Below are positions 51,134-64,000 of a stretch of DNA of 64,000 nucleotides, piece by piece (position 1 is the stretch's first letter; every line of letters starts with the position of its first letter). The DNA comes from Euprymna scolopes (taxonomy: Eukaryota), in the NCBI GenBank assembly GCA_053919585.1, contig CM132793.1. One strand, written 5' to 3'. Below the pieces are notes generated by a model. The model did not search any database, was not told the DNA's origin, and saw only the letters and a list, made by a program, of their open reading frames with translations. The position numbers and the translations under genes were made by a program.

Positions 51134-53997
51134 TATATATTTAAACAAAAGAAAGTGTCGATCTATCCGTTTATCTATCTATCTAACGGGAGAGAGGGAT
51201 GGGAGATTAATGTGAAGAATGTTGAAAGACTGTAAAAATATGATAAATCATATTTATCGGAAGAGTTGGGCAGCTGATTTGATCTACGTGTGGGTTAGCT
51301 GGAGATAATTAAGAGTTGGTGTTTGAACGTTGAGCAAGGCGGGCGATTTAACAGGTCCTCCGCCTTTCACTGGGGATAGGGCTTACGTGTCTTATAATGT
51401 CCACTTATAATAAACCACTAAATATAGATATTACTTTCCCATTTTACTGCGATCAACACTTGGAAAGTGAGGAAAAACTATAGAAAACCACTCAGCATTC
51501 TTTGTAGTTTATGAATATCTGTCCGAACATGTTACAGCCTTCCCTCGAAGATTCCAGGTGAACCAGATCTACGACGCATGAAGGTACATCCAAAATAACT
51601 GTATCACACATACACACACCTTCATATAAACAATAAGATATAAATATAACATACAGAGACTGCAAGCAAACCATTCTAGGGTTCAAATATTGAATACGAA
51701 AGAGATACGTATACACATCAGGATATAACCCTTCGTTTCAAGTACACATATCAACATTTAGACGATTATACACCGTTCTAGTGCCTTTTGGTACACCATA
51801 ATATGTAATTACGTGTTTATTGTTTTAATCCGAAGATAAAAATAACTTATTTTTATGTATGCAATGCATGTTTTCTTTTCACCCTCGAATTATTTTATAT
51901 ATAGAAATAAGACTTGCGAACAAAGTTTTAAGAAAATTTTGTAAAGATCTTTGACGCCTGAAGTGTGTATGCATATCAGATGGGGGTTGCGAATAATTCA
52001 ATTTTCAAGATAAAATGATCCTTAATATTTCTCACCTACAGAAACACACCCGAATAAGAAAGGTCAGACAACACCCGTATAATAAAATGTTCTCCTCTAT
52101 AAGCCATGACCCATGAACCGTTTTGTTTTAATTTCTTTAAACATAATTGCAACATAATTGCATTTTTCTCTACTTGTATGTTCTACTTCTTACGATCGAT
52201 ATCGGATTTCCTGAAACACGTCTTTGCTATATATTACTTGACGATATTTTTCCTGGCCGAGCTGGTTCAATATTGTAAAAGTATTTAGTGGTGCTTTTAT
52301 AGTTCGTAATGTTTCGTGATGTTCGATGGGGCTATTAGTGTTTAACGGTGTTTAAAATGTATTGGTCTTGTATGGCTTTCTCTTAATAGGAGTTACTAAC
52401 ACTTGACCGTTCGTGTTTCTTAGTCATTGCCCCACCAACCTGTATAAATTCATCAATAATATTACAGCAGTGATAAAAAATCTATTTAATTTTACTCCAG
52501 GGGTCAGTACATACTCTGTTTTGTGATTCCCTTGAATTTTGGAGGTCTTGATTTTTGTTAAAATCTGAACAGATTCTCTCAAACCGATACATATTTCCAA
52601 GCTGTATCACTTATTTTTAATCATAAAATTTAGCTGAGAAGGAGTTTCGCAAAAAGGTGTAAAATGGTGCTAAAGCAAGCCTAACTGTGCTTCAGAACTA
52701 GATGTATCTTTCCACAAGCTCATGTCTTAATATAGTTTACACTGTTAGGGGTCTCTTGTCTAAAATACTCTTGAATTACCGTTTTAGGCTATATTTCACT
52801 TAACAAAGTAGTTACGCATTAGTAGTATATTTTTCTTGTTTTTATATACACCCTTCATTTTCCCTTTGGCTGAGACGCAACATAATACCTCGTTTGCTAT
52901 TATAAACAGCTGTCTCTTACGCTATGTGGGACATTTTTCCTATGTCACTTCATTTAATAATCGCAACCATTCTTTTCTAAGGTTTATCAATTTTACATAA
53001 TAATTACCGTTTTCCCTCCTACTTAATATGCATGCTCAACCTACTCTACTATAGAGAACCATTTCCGGAATAAAGGCCTGTTTTCAGGCTGCTTTAATAC
53101 ATCTGTAAACAGTAGAACACTTTAGCGTCATGTAACCATATCGGTTTTCTTTATTTTAAAATTTCAAATCTTATATACTGATATCCAATTTAAATATAAT
53201 GTATGCGATACTCACGAAAACATGCATCATATTTATAATGAGAATAACACACTTTACATGAATAATACAAAACAATAAATAATTTGCGCATCCTTAATTT
53301 TTAAAAATCAACCATTGAGTTTCAAACTGAAGAAAAAAAACTTTTTACAATCGAGTTATGACAATAGTTAACATGGCTGACAGTTCAATTATAAAACGCA
53401 AAGGGATCACAAATATATTCAAATTGCTAACTTCAAATGCAATCCAATTTATATGAACACGTTTCGTAAAAAATATCTGGTTACACCATACCCAAAACAA
53501 GCCAGTAAAATTTAGTACTAGACCTGCCTGATTTAGTATAAACAATTCTAAACAAAACGACAAAAACATATTTGATAGCAAAACTTTCCTATTTTAAAAA
53601 CGTAGTTTGAACATCGATTAAATAAGTACAAATATTATACTAGTGTATTCCTTTATTCGAAGATATACAAAACAGCATATCTAATTCATTTATTGACATT
53701 TATTTCCGTGTTTTTGTATGTCGGGAACATATTTCTGCTTTTTTCTTTGTCTATATTTATTCACTTCCTTTTCTTGTTTTTCTTTTTTGTACTTAATATT
53801 TCTCTTACTTAGTGCACATATTCAATGGAAGATGGTGAAACGTTTATCAGGATGTGTTACACCTTGATGTCCGTGTAGCTTGTGGCTGTACTGGCACTAG
53901 ATTATTGCCTATTATGTAGATGTGTGTACAAAAGTGTTTATATGGACGGTTGGACGGTGTCGTCTCGGGTGTATTCGTGTGCACTGTCTCTAAAACG

Positions 53998-54003
<6 letters not shown>

Positions 54004-54087
<84 letters not shown>
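54004..54087. repeat. (TA)n microsatellite, representative of about 20 (e.g. 8489, 30192, 36469, 37540, 38073, 38493, 41869, 58436, 60586, 60745, 61796, 62500, 63156)
   Basis: Directly visible. Confidence 0.97.
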
Positions 54088-54091
<4 letters not shown>

Positions 54092-54479
54092 AATCGAGCT
54101 TTTGTTGGAATTATTTCCNNNNNNNNNNNNNNNNNNNNNNNNNNNNNNNNNNNNNNNNNNNNNNNNNNNNNNNNNNNNNNNNNNNNNNNNNNNNNNNNNN
54201 NNNNNNNNNNNNNNNNNNNNNNNNNNNNNNNNNNNNNNNNNNNNNNNNNNNNNNNNNNNNNNATAAAAATCAAAGTTAAAATTAATTCACTCGTAGTTAT
54301 CTATGTGTTTTCATTTAACTCCCAATTCATTAAAAAAAAAACTCTGATATGTTACTGCATATATATTCTGATTATCTTTTTTCCTTGAACGTTATGTAAT
54401 TTTTAAGACAAGAGTCGATGCTTTACACCAGCTAGACGTATATATCTTTTCCTTCAAAAAGGTGTCCCCACTTTTCAAG

Positions 54480-56200
54480 ACCAAGCGGCCACTTGAGTAT
54501 AAGGGTTAAAGCGTCTACAGCCACCTCGTGTCCCATTGTACCACTGACTCAAGATCAGAGGAGAGAGAATCGGAGAGAACTTGGTGGTGTATGGTCTTAG
54601 ATGGGCTACCATGGATAGCTGTTTTAAAAAAGATCTACGTATGATGTAAGTATGTGATTTGGGCAATCATTAATGTAGATCAGGAAGAAAGTTAGGCGCA
54701 GAATGGACCCCTTAGGGACTTAAGCATTAATACTGTGAGCTTCTGATTTCTGCTCATCAAACTCTAATCTTATGAATCTATCAGAGAGAACAGATTTAAT
54801 TATTGAGAAGACATTTCTAGCTATACCATAGCTCGAGTTCCTGTGAAGTACACTTTTATGTCATGCTCTATCAAAACCCATTGTTTTATCAAGAACAATT
54901 GCCCTAGAAAGTTAGCCTCCGTCGAGAGATTCGCTAATCCTATGAGATAACTTTAAGCACGTCTGCTGTAGATCTAACAAAACGGAAAGCATGTTGTGTA
55001 TCTTTAAGAAGGTTATATTTGCTGAGATGGTTGATTGCTGCTCTATTTAACACAAACGGCAAGCAACTTACTCATGACGCACATGAGACTTGTTGGCTAG
55101 CACTGAGAGGGAGATGAGCGAAAAAACCTTAACTTTTAAATACTGGGCATTATTAGATTTTCCAGGGTGATGGAATGAAATGCTCTTAAGATAACGTTTA
55201 AACAGTTTTGAAAGTATGGCCGCTCCTTTTAGCTGAAGTTTTCTAAGTAATATAATTTGAATACCGTCAGGATCGGTTAATTTATTGGAATCAAGGTTTT
55301 TGATTAGGCTGGCAACATCACGTACACACATTTGTATATCACAGAGCGTGTTTTCTGATACAGTAGGAAATATTGGGTTTGGCGGCCTTGGTCGCAAAGG
55401 GTAGAATAAGCTGCAAAGTTCTTGGCCAAAAAGTTGGTTTTGTCTGATGCTGATTAGATTACCTCAGGTATATTTATGCTAGTTGGGATAGAGCACATGT
55501 TTCTGTTCAGGATTGCGTTTGCTATTTGCCAAAACTGGTGGAAAACAAGCCTCTGCTCAGTTACTTTGGACTTAAGGGGCAGATCATAAGGTTCTCTTGC
55601 ATCATTTTAACTTTTACAGTAGTTGCTGGCAGTCCTGAAAGCGGCTTTAATCTCAGTGCATCTATTATGTTGGAAGCAATGGAAACGCTTATTTCTGTGC
55701 GGAATAGCAGCAGCACATTCTGGAGAGAATCACGGCTGCCGATTAGGTTTTCTCTTGACATATTTTGAGTGCATGAAAGGGTCTACAATACTCCATTCCG
55801 TCAGATCTGACACATCCTTTTTACACATGAAACGGAAGCGAAACAGAGTTCTGGACAAGTTACGAGAAAAGGATCTAAGAGCCTTGCATACTTGCGGTTT
55901 ATATCGGGCACACGGGTGGGTTCAAGATAAATCTGAGGGAGGTCATATGCAATGGATAAAACTTGACAGAATCTCTCCTCCAACATTTGTGTTGTTTCAA
56001 TGAGACGGCCATTCCACATTGTGAACATTGACATCTCCACATACATGAATACTAGATGAAGAACAAGAAGATAGGGCGTTGTAAATGTTCTGCAAGATGT
56101 TGTAAATGTAGTAACTCTGCTGTTAACCGAACGAAAATGATATTTACAGAGCTTGCTTAAATGAGGAATCAATTTTCTTATTAGAAAAATCGAAGTTGCC
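54480..56200 (-). mobile_element. Decayed family-A LINE (EN core to RT)
   Basis: DLPQIYLEPTRVPD...LLDPFLVT (55801-56307), IKNLDSNKLTDPDGI (55068-55397), RT remnants down to about 54500. Confidence 0.85.
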
Positions 56201-56623
56201 TTGTCTACGAAACAAATCAGAATAAAATTTCTTCCGAATTCGATTGCAATAAAAAGAAAATTAACGGATGCTGGTTTTGGTGCGACGAGAATGCATAATT
56301 GGTCCACGATCCTTGTGCCTATGTTAGATAAAATTGAAAGCGATTATAGATATGGTTATTATCATAAAATGTATATAAATTTCATTTAAGCTTTCTGCAA
56401 ATCCTGCAATTTTATCCGCATTAGAAAAATGCCTACTTTGCAATACGCAATGCATCTGCGCACAAGAAGATGTGCTTAGAGCAAATCAGAATTGCTAAAA
56501 ATGTCTGCATCGGAAAATGTTTACTATATTTTATGGTGTACGGAAATGCTGCAGAGCAGGAAGAATAAATATATCGGATTTTGATACACACATAAACTTA
56601 AAAGGAAGCAATGCGAACACACA

Positions 56624-56673
<50 letters not shown>

Positions 56674-58433
56674 CATTTATATATATATATATATATACTC
56701 TTTTATACACATGGTTTTAATATACGTGCTTTCATCAGAAGTAGATTGTGTGAACATATACACCGAAAGTCACACTTTAATTGAAGCTTTGCCGATGTTA
56801 CTATAGTAAGAAAATCTCGATAATTTATCCTACATTAACAACTACATGCTTATGTGTAATGGACTTAAATAAAAAATGAAAAAGATTAATGATTATTCTA
56901 TACTTAATTTTTAAACACAGTACACAGATATCATTCGTATGGAAAGTGAATCACTGTTTTTCTTAATAATGAATGATTATAGTGTATTTAAACAAAGCAT
57001 TTACTGCATGAATTTGGATCTACCTGGGTTTAAATATTTTTTCAGACAACTTCTAAACACCTTGCCACATAAAATGAAATCAACAAGTAAACACTAATCA
57101 TGAACATGGATTTTTTTTTTATAACGTGTAAACTCTTTGTTTGGATAGATAGATGACACCTTCTGATGTCGGCAAGTTTAAATGTGAAATGTTCATTTAA
57201 ACTCGCTTGGATTTTTTATTAGTTAGACATGCATAAACAAATCATGTGTAAATGTGGTTTAACATAAGAATTTCCTCATCTGTCTTTCATAATAAATAAA
57301 ACGGTAGGGAACGCAGCAATGATACTAACTATTTTAGTTTGAATTCTAATAACATCGTACTTATTTATTTTATTAGATTGGAAAAAGTACTCTTAATAAG
57401 CATATTCCACTATAATATTAAAAAACAATGGACCCCGTTATATAAATAATCTGCATGAAGTAAAATGTATTAAGATAAGACGCTTATTAGCCTGTTAAAA
57501 ATTTACATTCATTACGAAGCAACTGTATGCACTATTCCTTGAATAAAGGGTGGAATAACTGAAACAATTTTAAATAAATACAACTTTATATGTACAAATT
57601 ATATAATAGAGTTTAATACGTGAGAGTATTTACAAATTATATAAAATGCGAGGCTAAGCATTTTATACAGTAATTTGGACAAAACCCTTACCATTAGTTA
57701 TATATTATAATCTATAAAATAATGTACACTGTAAGCTATAATTCTGGTATGCCCACAGTAAACAACATCATATGTGGCTGTATAGCATTTGTGGCAATTA
57801 TATATGTAAGTTAATCAAACTCACATTAAGCAACAATATAAAAAGTTACTCACAAATAGTAATGTATATAGTTTTGAAAATGCCTGTAAATTTCGAAAAT
57901 TATAAGGAATTGTAGAATATATTCCTACATTCCTACATCATAAAGGATTTTAGTATGCATTCCTACATTAATCTATTTTAATGAGGCAATAGACAAATTT
58001 CTTAATAATATAATGTACATCACAGTATATTCTTCCTTTAGAACACTGATTTCTATCTGAATCAATTGCATTTAAATGTAAACTGCAACTTATAAAAACG
58101 TGTAATTACGGTATATATTTTTCATATTTTATGTATTGTGTGATCAAATACAATCATTTTATTAAAAAAGAACAATATGTACACATTTACAAACTCAACC
58201 CATGGTGACTTAGCAATGAGAAGGAATTAATTTTAGTGTCATTTGCTTGCGGAATATTTAATTTACAATATTATAACTATGACTTCGAGCTAGTAACATA
58301 ATATTTACAGAATTAAACATACTGTAGAGTGAAACATTGAAACAGAGAAATTAGCTAATTGTAAATAATAAGGATAGATAAAAGAACGTGTCTGATAATT
58401 ATATTGTTTAATTTGTCATAAATGCATCTATTA

Positions 58434-58509
<76 letters not shown>

Positions 58510-59410
58510 TTACTATGAAGTAACGTTTAAAGTATTAATATTTCCTTTCAACGTTTTGCTTAAAATTTATGATAGAAAACTAGGAAAAGGAAGACGATTG
58601 CCCTGAAAAACTTTAATTTCAATCTGTATTATTGTAATAGAGAAATCTTTCTCACAGAAAAATATGTGGATGTGTGTATAGGAATTGAAACACATAGACA
58701 ATTATTTTGACGATATCCTAGACTCGGTATCGACAATATAATATAAAGTGTCCCAATTTACAGGTGTCTACAAGTTAACTGCAATATAGATAAAAAATAT
58801 AAAACGCCTCTTTCTAAATCACAAACTGTTTAAGATACATAGGTGGAGAATATGCTAAAGCGGTGCATAACGATGTTACCCATGGCTAGTAATCCAGTGG
58901 CAGCGCCTAACTTATAAAACGTCTGGAAAAATTTTCACAAACAAACGAAAACAAAAACAGAACATCAATACTATAAAACAACCGACAGGTAATGGCACAA
59001 TACCTTCCAAAAAATATTATCGACAAACTTACGGTAGCGTATTTGGTTAAAAAAAATCTATAATAAGCTACTTCAAAATAATCAACCATTATAAAGAAGC
59101 CTTACTGTTGGTGATGGTATATCAATCCACATCACCGGTGTTTGACAGTATTCTAACTAATTCATCTGATTTGGCGAGGAAATATTACAAGCCCATGATC
59201 CAACTAACAAATATCGTTTTTATCGACAAATGTATCACANNNNNNNNNNNNNNNNNNNNNNNNNNNNNNNNNNNNNNNNNNNNNNNNNNNNNNNNNNNNN
59301 NNNNNNNNNNNNNNNNNNNNNNNNNNNNNNNNNNNNNNNNNNNNNNNNNNNNNNNNNNNNNNNNNNNNNNNNNNNNNNNNNNNNNNNNNNNNNNNNNNNN
59401 NNNNNNNNNN

Positions 59411-59572
59411 TGGGGTGTTTGCTCAGTTGCTACAGTGCTTGCTCAACATGCAAGAGGCTCGGGTACTGAATCCTGAGTTGGGATGTGTCTAACTGATGAG
59501 CACAAGTGAGGGCGAAACTCGAGTTTTGGATTTCCGCTCCGTTGACTCTCATGCTTCTTGTGGGTTGCCACG
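59411..59572 (+). mobile_element. tRNA-derived head fused to type I hammerhead (retrozyme/SINE-like family 2)
   Basis: 59412-59478 is tRNA(Ala/Val)-like: GCTCAG D-arm/A-box, anticodon arm CTTGC-TCAACAT-GCAAG, T-arm CTCGGG/CCTGAG. It is followed directly by an HHR. N-runs on both sides. Confidence 0.82.
59488..59530 (+). ncRNA. Type I hammerhead ribozyme with intact core
   Basis: TCTAA-CTGATGA-GCAC(aagtga)GGGC-GAAA-CTCGAG-TT-TTGGA. 5-bp stem I, one mismatch in stem II, GUU site with predicted cleavage after 59525. Confidence 0.85.
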
Positions 59573-60582
59573 NNNNNNNNNNNNNNNNNNNNNNNNNNNN
59601 NNNNNNNNNNNNNNNNNNNNNNNNNNNNNNNNNNNNNNNNNNNNNNNNNNNNNNNNNNNNNNNNNNNNNNNNNNNNNNNNNNNNNNNNNNNNNNNNNNNN
59701 NNNNNNNNNNNNNNTCAATAAAAAAAAATAAAAACATGTTTCAAAGGAAAGAACAAACAAGATTTGTTTGTCCTTCCTTTTGAAACACATTTTAATTTTG
59801 TTTTGCTTTTTTTATTAGAATCAATCATGTTACTCAATATTAAAATAACCCTAGGATATCTCTGCCTATCGAGCTTATTTTCTATCTGTATTACAACTAG
59901 CACTGTTTTGCTTTAATTGTATTAATGCATTTACTAATACATAAATATAAAATNNNNNNNNNNNNNNNNNNNNNNNNNNNNNNNNNNNNNNNNNNNNNNN
60001 NNNNNNNNNNNNNNNNNNNNNNNNNNNNNNNNNNNNNNNNNNNNNNNNNNNNNNNNNNNNNNNNNNNNNNNNNNNNNNNNNNNNNNNNNNNNNNNNNNNN
60101 NNNNNNNNTATTTTTGTAGCTGGCAAACGGAAGATTCTCCCCATTTAAATCCGGGATTGTATTTAACTCTGCCCTCGTAAGGAGTTTTATTATAATTATT
60201 TAAACCTATCATCGTTCTTGTTATTGTATTTAACAACATAATGCGTTATGCTTCTATCGTTTTGATAATTGTTAATTACATTAATTTTACCGTTGCACAA
60301 TTTGGTTTCAATTTTAATATAGGTATTGAAATCAATCCTGTCTATGTTTGCTGGTTTGAATTAAACGCTTTACATTGCAATATTAAAAAAAAAAATAAAA
60401 AAAAAAATCAATTATCTTTCGTAAACTTTTTGAACATATTGGCTAGGAATAAACGCTGTCAATTCATCAATGTTTCACTTTTTTTATATTTTTGTGAACT
60501 TGAGTTGGGGTCCGCATGAAACATGAAAAAATTACAAATAAAGTAACATCGTTTTTATGCTGCAAAAAAAGGCTCACATCAT

Positions 60583-60672
<90 letters not shown>

Positions 60673-60741
60673 GGATGAGAATAATGGAAATAGTATTCCC
60701 ACGAAATTTATCCCCTTGGTTTCTCTCTCTATCTCTCTCTC

Positions 60742-60817
<76 letters not shown>

Positions 60818-61794
60818 CAAATGTCTTGAAATTAACTTTGTAATCACACACCCGGTTTACGACTGCCGGTTGCGCATGTGTACATAAACATTACCCATAA
60901 TAGCGTAAACAAATAAACAAAAAGTGCTACTTTTGCAGAATTTGACATGCAGGCTGAACAATTAGCGATACTATATTTAAATTATTATTTAACATGGGAA
61001 GAGTTGGGATGTTTTGCATCTATTCTGTATTCCAACTTTACTGTCGCAATTTTGACCCGTTGACAACTATAAGCTCATTTTCCAACGGCAATTTACCCAC
61101 ATCTTCTATTTTAAAAATTTATTCCGGATATTTTAATACACCTTTCTTGAAATAATTCATACACAAACGTCTACCAACTTCAATTAATAACCCCGTAAAT
61201 GTTGATTTTACAGATAAATAATCAACACAATACAGCGTATTGCCTTACTGTGTACGTTTTCACCGTAACAATTGTTTTTATGTGTTTATATTATCCGAAT
61301 AAACACCTGTTAATACTTCTTTTTTTTACATCGTTCATTTCCACATTGCCTACCTTAGTTTTTTTTAACCTTATTATTGACATAGATTAAACAGTTGACC
61401 CAATGGGTCGTGGATGTTTGTTTAAAATAAATAAAAAAAGTCACATTTAACATGGGGTGAGAGCTTTTTTTTTTTAACTATTCTCTATTTTAACTAACAA
61501 TGGCATTTAAAACAAATATATCAACATTTGAATTTAACTAGGAGTATAACGGTATGTCTTCAGTGAACATTTACCTATAAGTATGTCAAACAACTTATAA
61601 ATCAATGGTTTTTCAAAAAAAGATAATCATAAACAGAACGACTCATGAAGATTTATCTATATTGTTTTTTGTTTTTTTATATACTTTCATAGAAATGTGT
61701 CTGTTATGTCACAAAAACATATTTCTTTAGGTCATATGTGTTACGCTCATACATTAATTCTTACATGCTGACGCAACGGATCACATGTATTCTA

Positions 61795-61864
<70 letters not shown>

Positions 61865-61867
<3 letters not shown>

Positions 61868-62496
61868 AATACCTACAAACACTAGTATTTCTTCCTTTCG
61901 GGAATCTTCACTGGATGGTGTCACGATTAACCCCAGTCAAACGATTCGAACTCGGCCACAGGAGACATCTCTGGCTCGATTTGCAAAGACCGGTTCACTT
62001 CGGCTACCATTAATCGCGTGAAATAAGGTTGAATTTCAACATTTAAATTTTTGTAATGTTCTTTACGTCTGTCAGACAGTGATCTAATCGTTATACGATG
62101 ATCTATGCATAAGAACTAAATTGACCGACTTTAATTCGACTTAAAGTGCTCAACGATGAGATACAAATTTCTTAAAGGGGTTGTCATAATTATTTTTTAC
62201 TATACTAATTAATTACCTACATACAATATTGTTTCATCCTTTCGGGAATCTCCAGTGCAGCGTGTCACAATTTACACCAGTCGAACGATACGAACTTGGA
62301 AACACGATACATCTCTGGCTCGATTAACCAAGACCGTATGCATTATTCGCGTGAAATAACGTTGAATTTTAGCATAACCGGCTGTATTAGCAAATGCCCT
62401 ATTCATTCGGCTACCATTAACCGCGGGAAATAACGTGTAATTAAAACATTTTAATTTTCTTTAAAAAGTCCATTACGTCAGGTAGACAGTGATCTA

Positions 62497-62497
<1 letters not shown>
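61865..62497 (-). mobile_element. Tandem Pol III-box/hammerhead repeat (retrozyme-like family 3), 344-bp period
   Basis: Minus-strand HHRs at 61873-61916 and 62217-62260. B-box-like GAGTTCGAATCG (61942-61953) and A-box-like TGGTAGCCGAAGTGAA (61994-62009) lie upstream. (TA)n on both flanks. Confidence 0.78.
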
Positions 62498-62546
<49 letters not shown>

Positions 62547-62708
62547 GATCAATTACATTATATGATAGAATATATACATGGAGAATATAATGGGCTTTAC
62601 ATTTAGTAACAAATTTGTCTATTATCCGTGTTACAAAGTTTATTTTCTTATATGCTTAATATATGTTTAATATAACAACAAAGTATATATGGTCTAACAG
62701 AATGTATG

Positions 62709-62767
<59 letters not shown>

Positions 62768-63149
62768 ATCCGAATATTTCATTCCCTACGCAAAATAACA
62801 TCTCCAGCATGTTATATTTTACAGATACATGCCATTATTCTGAAATAATCAGTTATAAATTACACGCCAAAGTTTTCCTGCATATAATCCAAAAAATACC
62901 AGAAAAATGTGCACATAATATAATTCCTAAAAAATAAAAACATTATAAAATATTAAATATTGTGTTGTTGTCACCACAGTTACTCTCACATTGTAGGTTA
63001 GACAAGTTTTGTTCACCGTTTGCTCAACTCAACAGCAATTCAGTTATTATTATAATAATAAATATTAGTTTATATACGTATATTCCTATATATAATATTG
63101 ATTTTATTTATTGTAGGCATACCTTTAGATAACAAATTACAGAGAAGGA

Positions 63150-63215
<66 letters not shown>

Positions 63216-63239
63216 CATGCAGGTCGCCGCTTATTAAGG

Positions 63240-64000
63240 CCCGGAGGTCACTACTGGATAAAAGTTATTGCGTGCACAGTAATCAATGAGATAGTATTGT
63301 AGTAACCATTAGTATTGTAGATTAATAGGTTATCTTACTTAAGGGGGCACTTTGCCAGGAATTCGTTCATGTTGGATTTGAATACATCCGAGTTTTAGTC
63401 AGGTTGGAAACAGGCAAACGGAAGAGAGTTCCACAGTCTTCAACTTCTGAGAAAGAAGAACTGCTCATGGAATCTACGTTTTGATTTAGGCACATATAAA
63501 GAGTGGGGAAAATTATTGACAGTAGTTTCAGGCAAACCGGTGTTTCTCGTGATATATGTTATAGGGAGACGAGAGACTGGAGCTCAGACGAGCACTTTCT
63601 ATGGAAATAACGATAAAACAAAGACAGGCTCGTAACGTATGTTGTGGGAGAGAGGTTGCAGGTAAGAGAAAATGGCATCCGACAATTTAACACGAAGACT
63701 GTTTTATTATCTGTCATGGCAGGATTGGCTATTTTTACCAGCTCCTGCCCAGATGTGGCAGAACTTATCAATCTTTGGACGTACTCTGCTTTCATACAGA
63801 TAGATAATTGCATCAGTAGTGAGATAGCCTCTGGAGCGGTAGAAGGATCCCACCATTTTTCCAGCGTTCTTACCAACAGACCTGATCTACGCGTTCCATG
63901 ACAGATCAGGAGTAAAGGTCAAACACAGAAGCTTGGGAAAACGTGAAACCTCCCAAAGACGAGAGCCAGCAATAGTAATTGATGTTATATGGAGATCAGA
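63240..64000 (-). mobile_element. Family-A LINE 3' part, running off the window edge
   Basis: SLSLFYRYFHRKCSSELQSLV (63559-63876) and VPKSKRRFHEQ remnants homologous to other family-A copies. Confidence 0.88.

Noticed and set aside
59412-59480. Functional tRNA gene
   Set aside because: Lacks the 3' acceptor strand and has a degenerate T-loop; treated as a SINE-type head.
8387-63289. Many short ORFs with YIYI, THTH, poly-I or X runs
   Set aside because: Translations of microsatellites and N-runs, not genes.

Overview
This is an AT-rich, repeat-dominated animal (invertebrate-like) genomic window with many (TA)n microsatellites and 13 N-runs of about 130-170 nt. No host protein-coding gene could be supported. 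It contains about ten decayed copies of two related CR1/L2-group LINE families (nearly all on the minus strand), four Penelope-like element (PLE) remnants, two dead mariner transposons and one near-complete Ty3/Gypsy element (47009-51133). There are two main results. (1) At least 12 type I hammerhead ribozyme (HHR) cores are readable. Four are minimal HHRs in PLE terminal regions and two form a head-to-head palindrome. Six lie in three distinct short non-coding families that pair a tRNA-like Pol III head with an HHR, two of them in tandem arrays, embedded in (TA)n or N-runs (retrozyme / ribozyme-SINE-like). (2) The Gypsy element has no tRNA primer-binding site. Its PBS position is instead the perfect 17-nt reverse complement of a segment inside its own LTR (Tf1-like self-priming candidate), and gag and pol are separated by an in-frame UGA-CUAG readthrough-type stop. 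All calls are by eye; no searches or folding programs were run.
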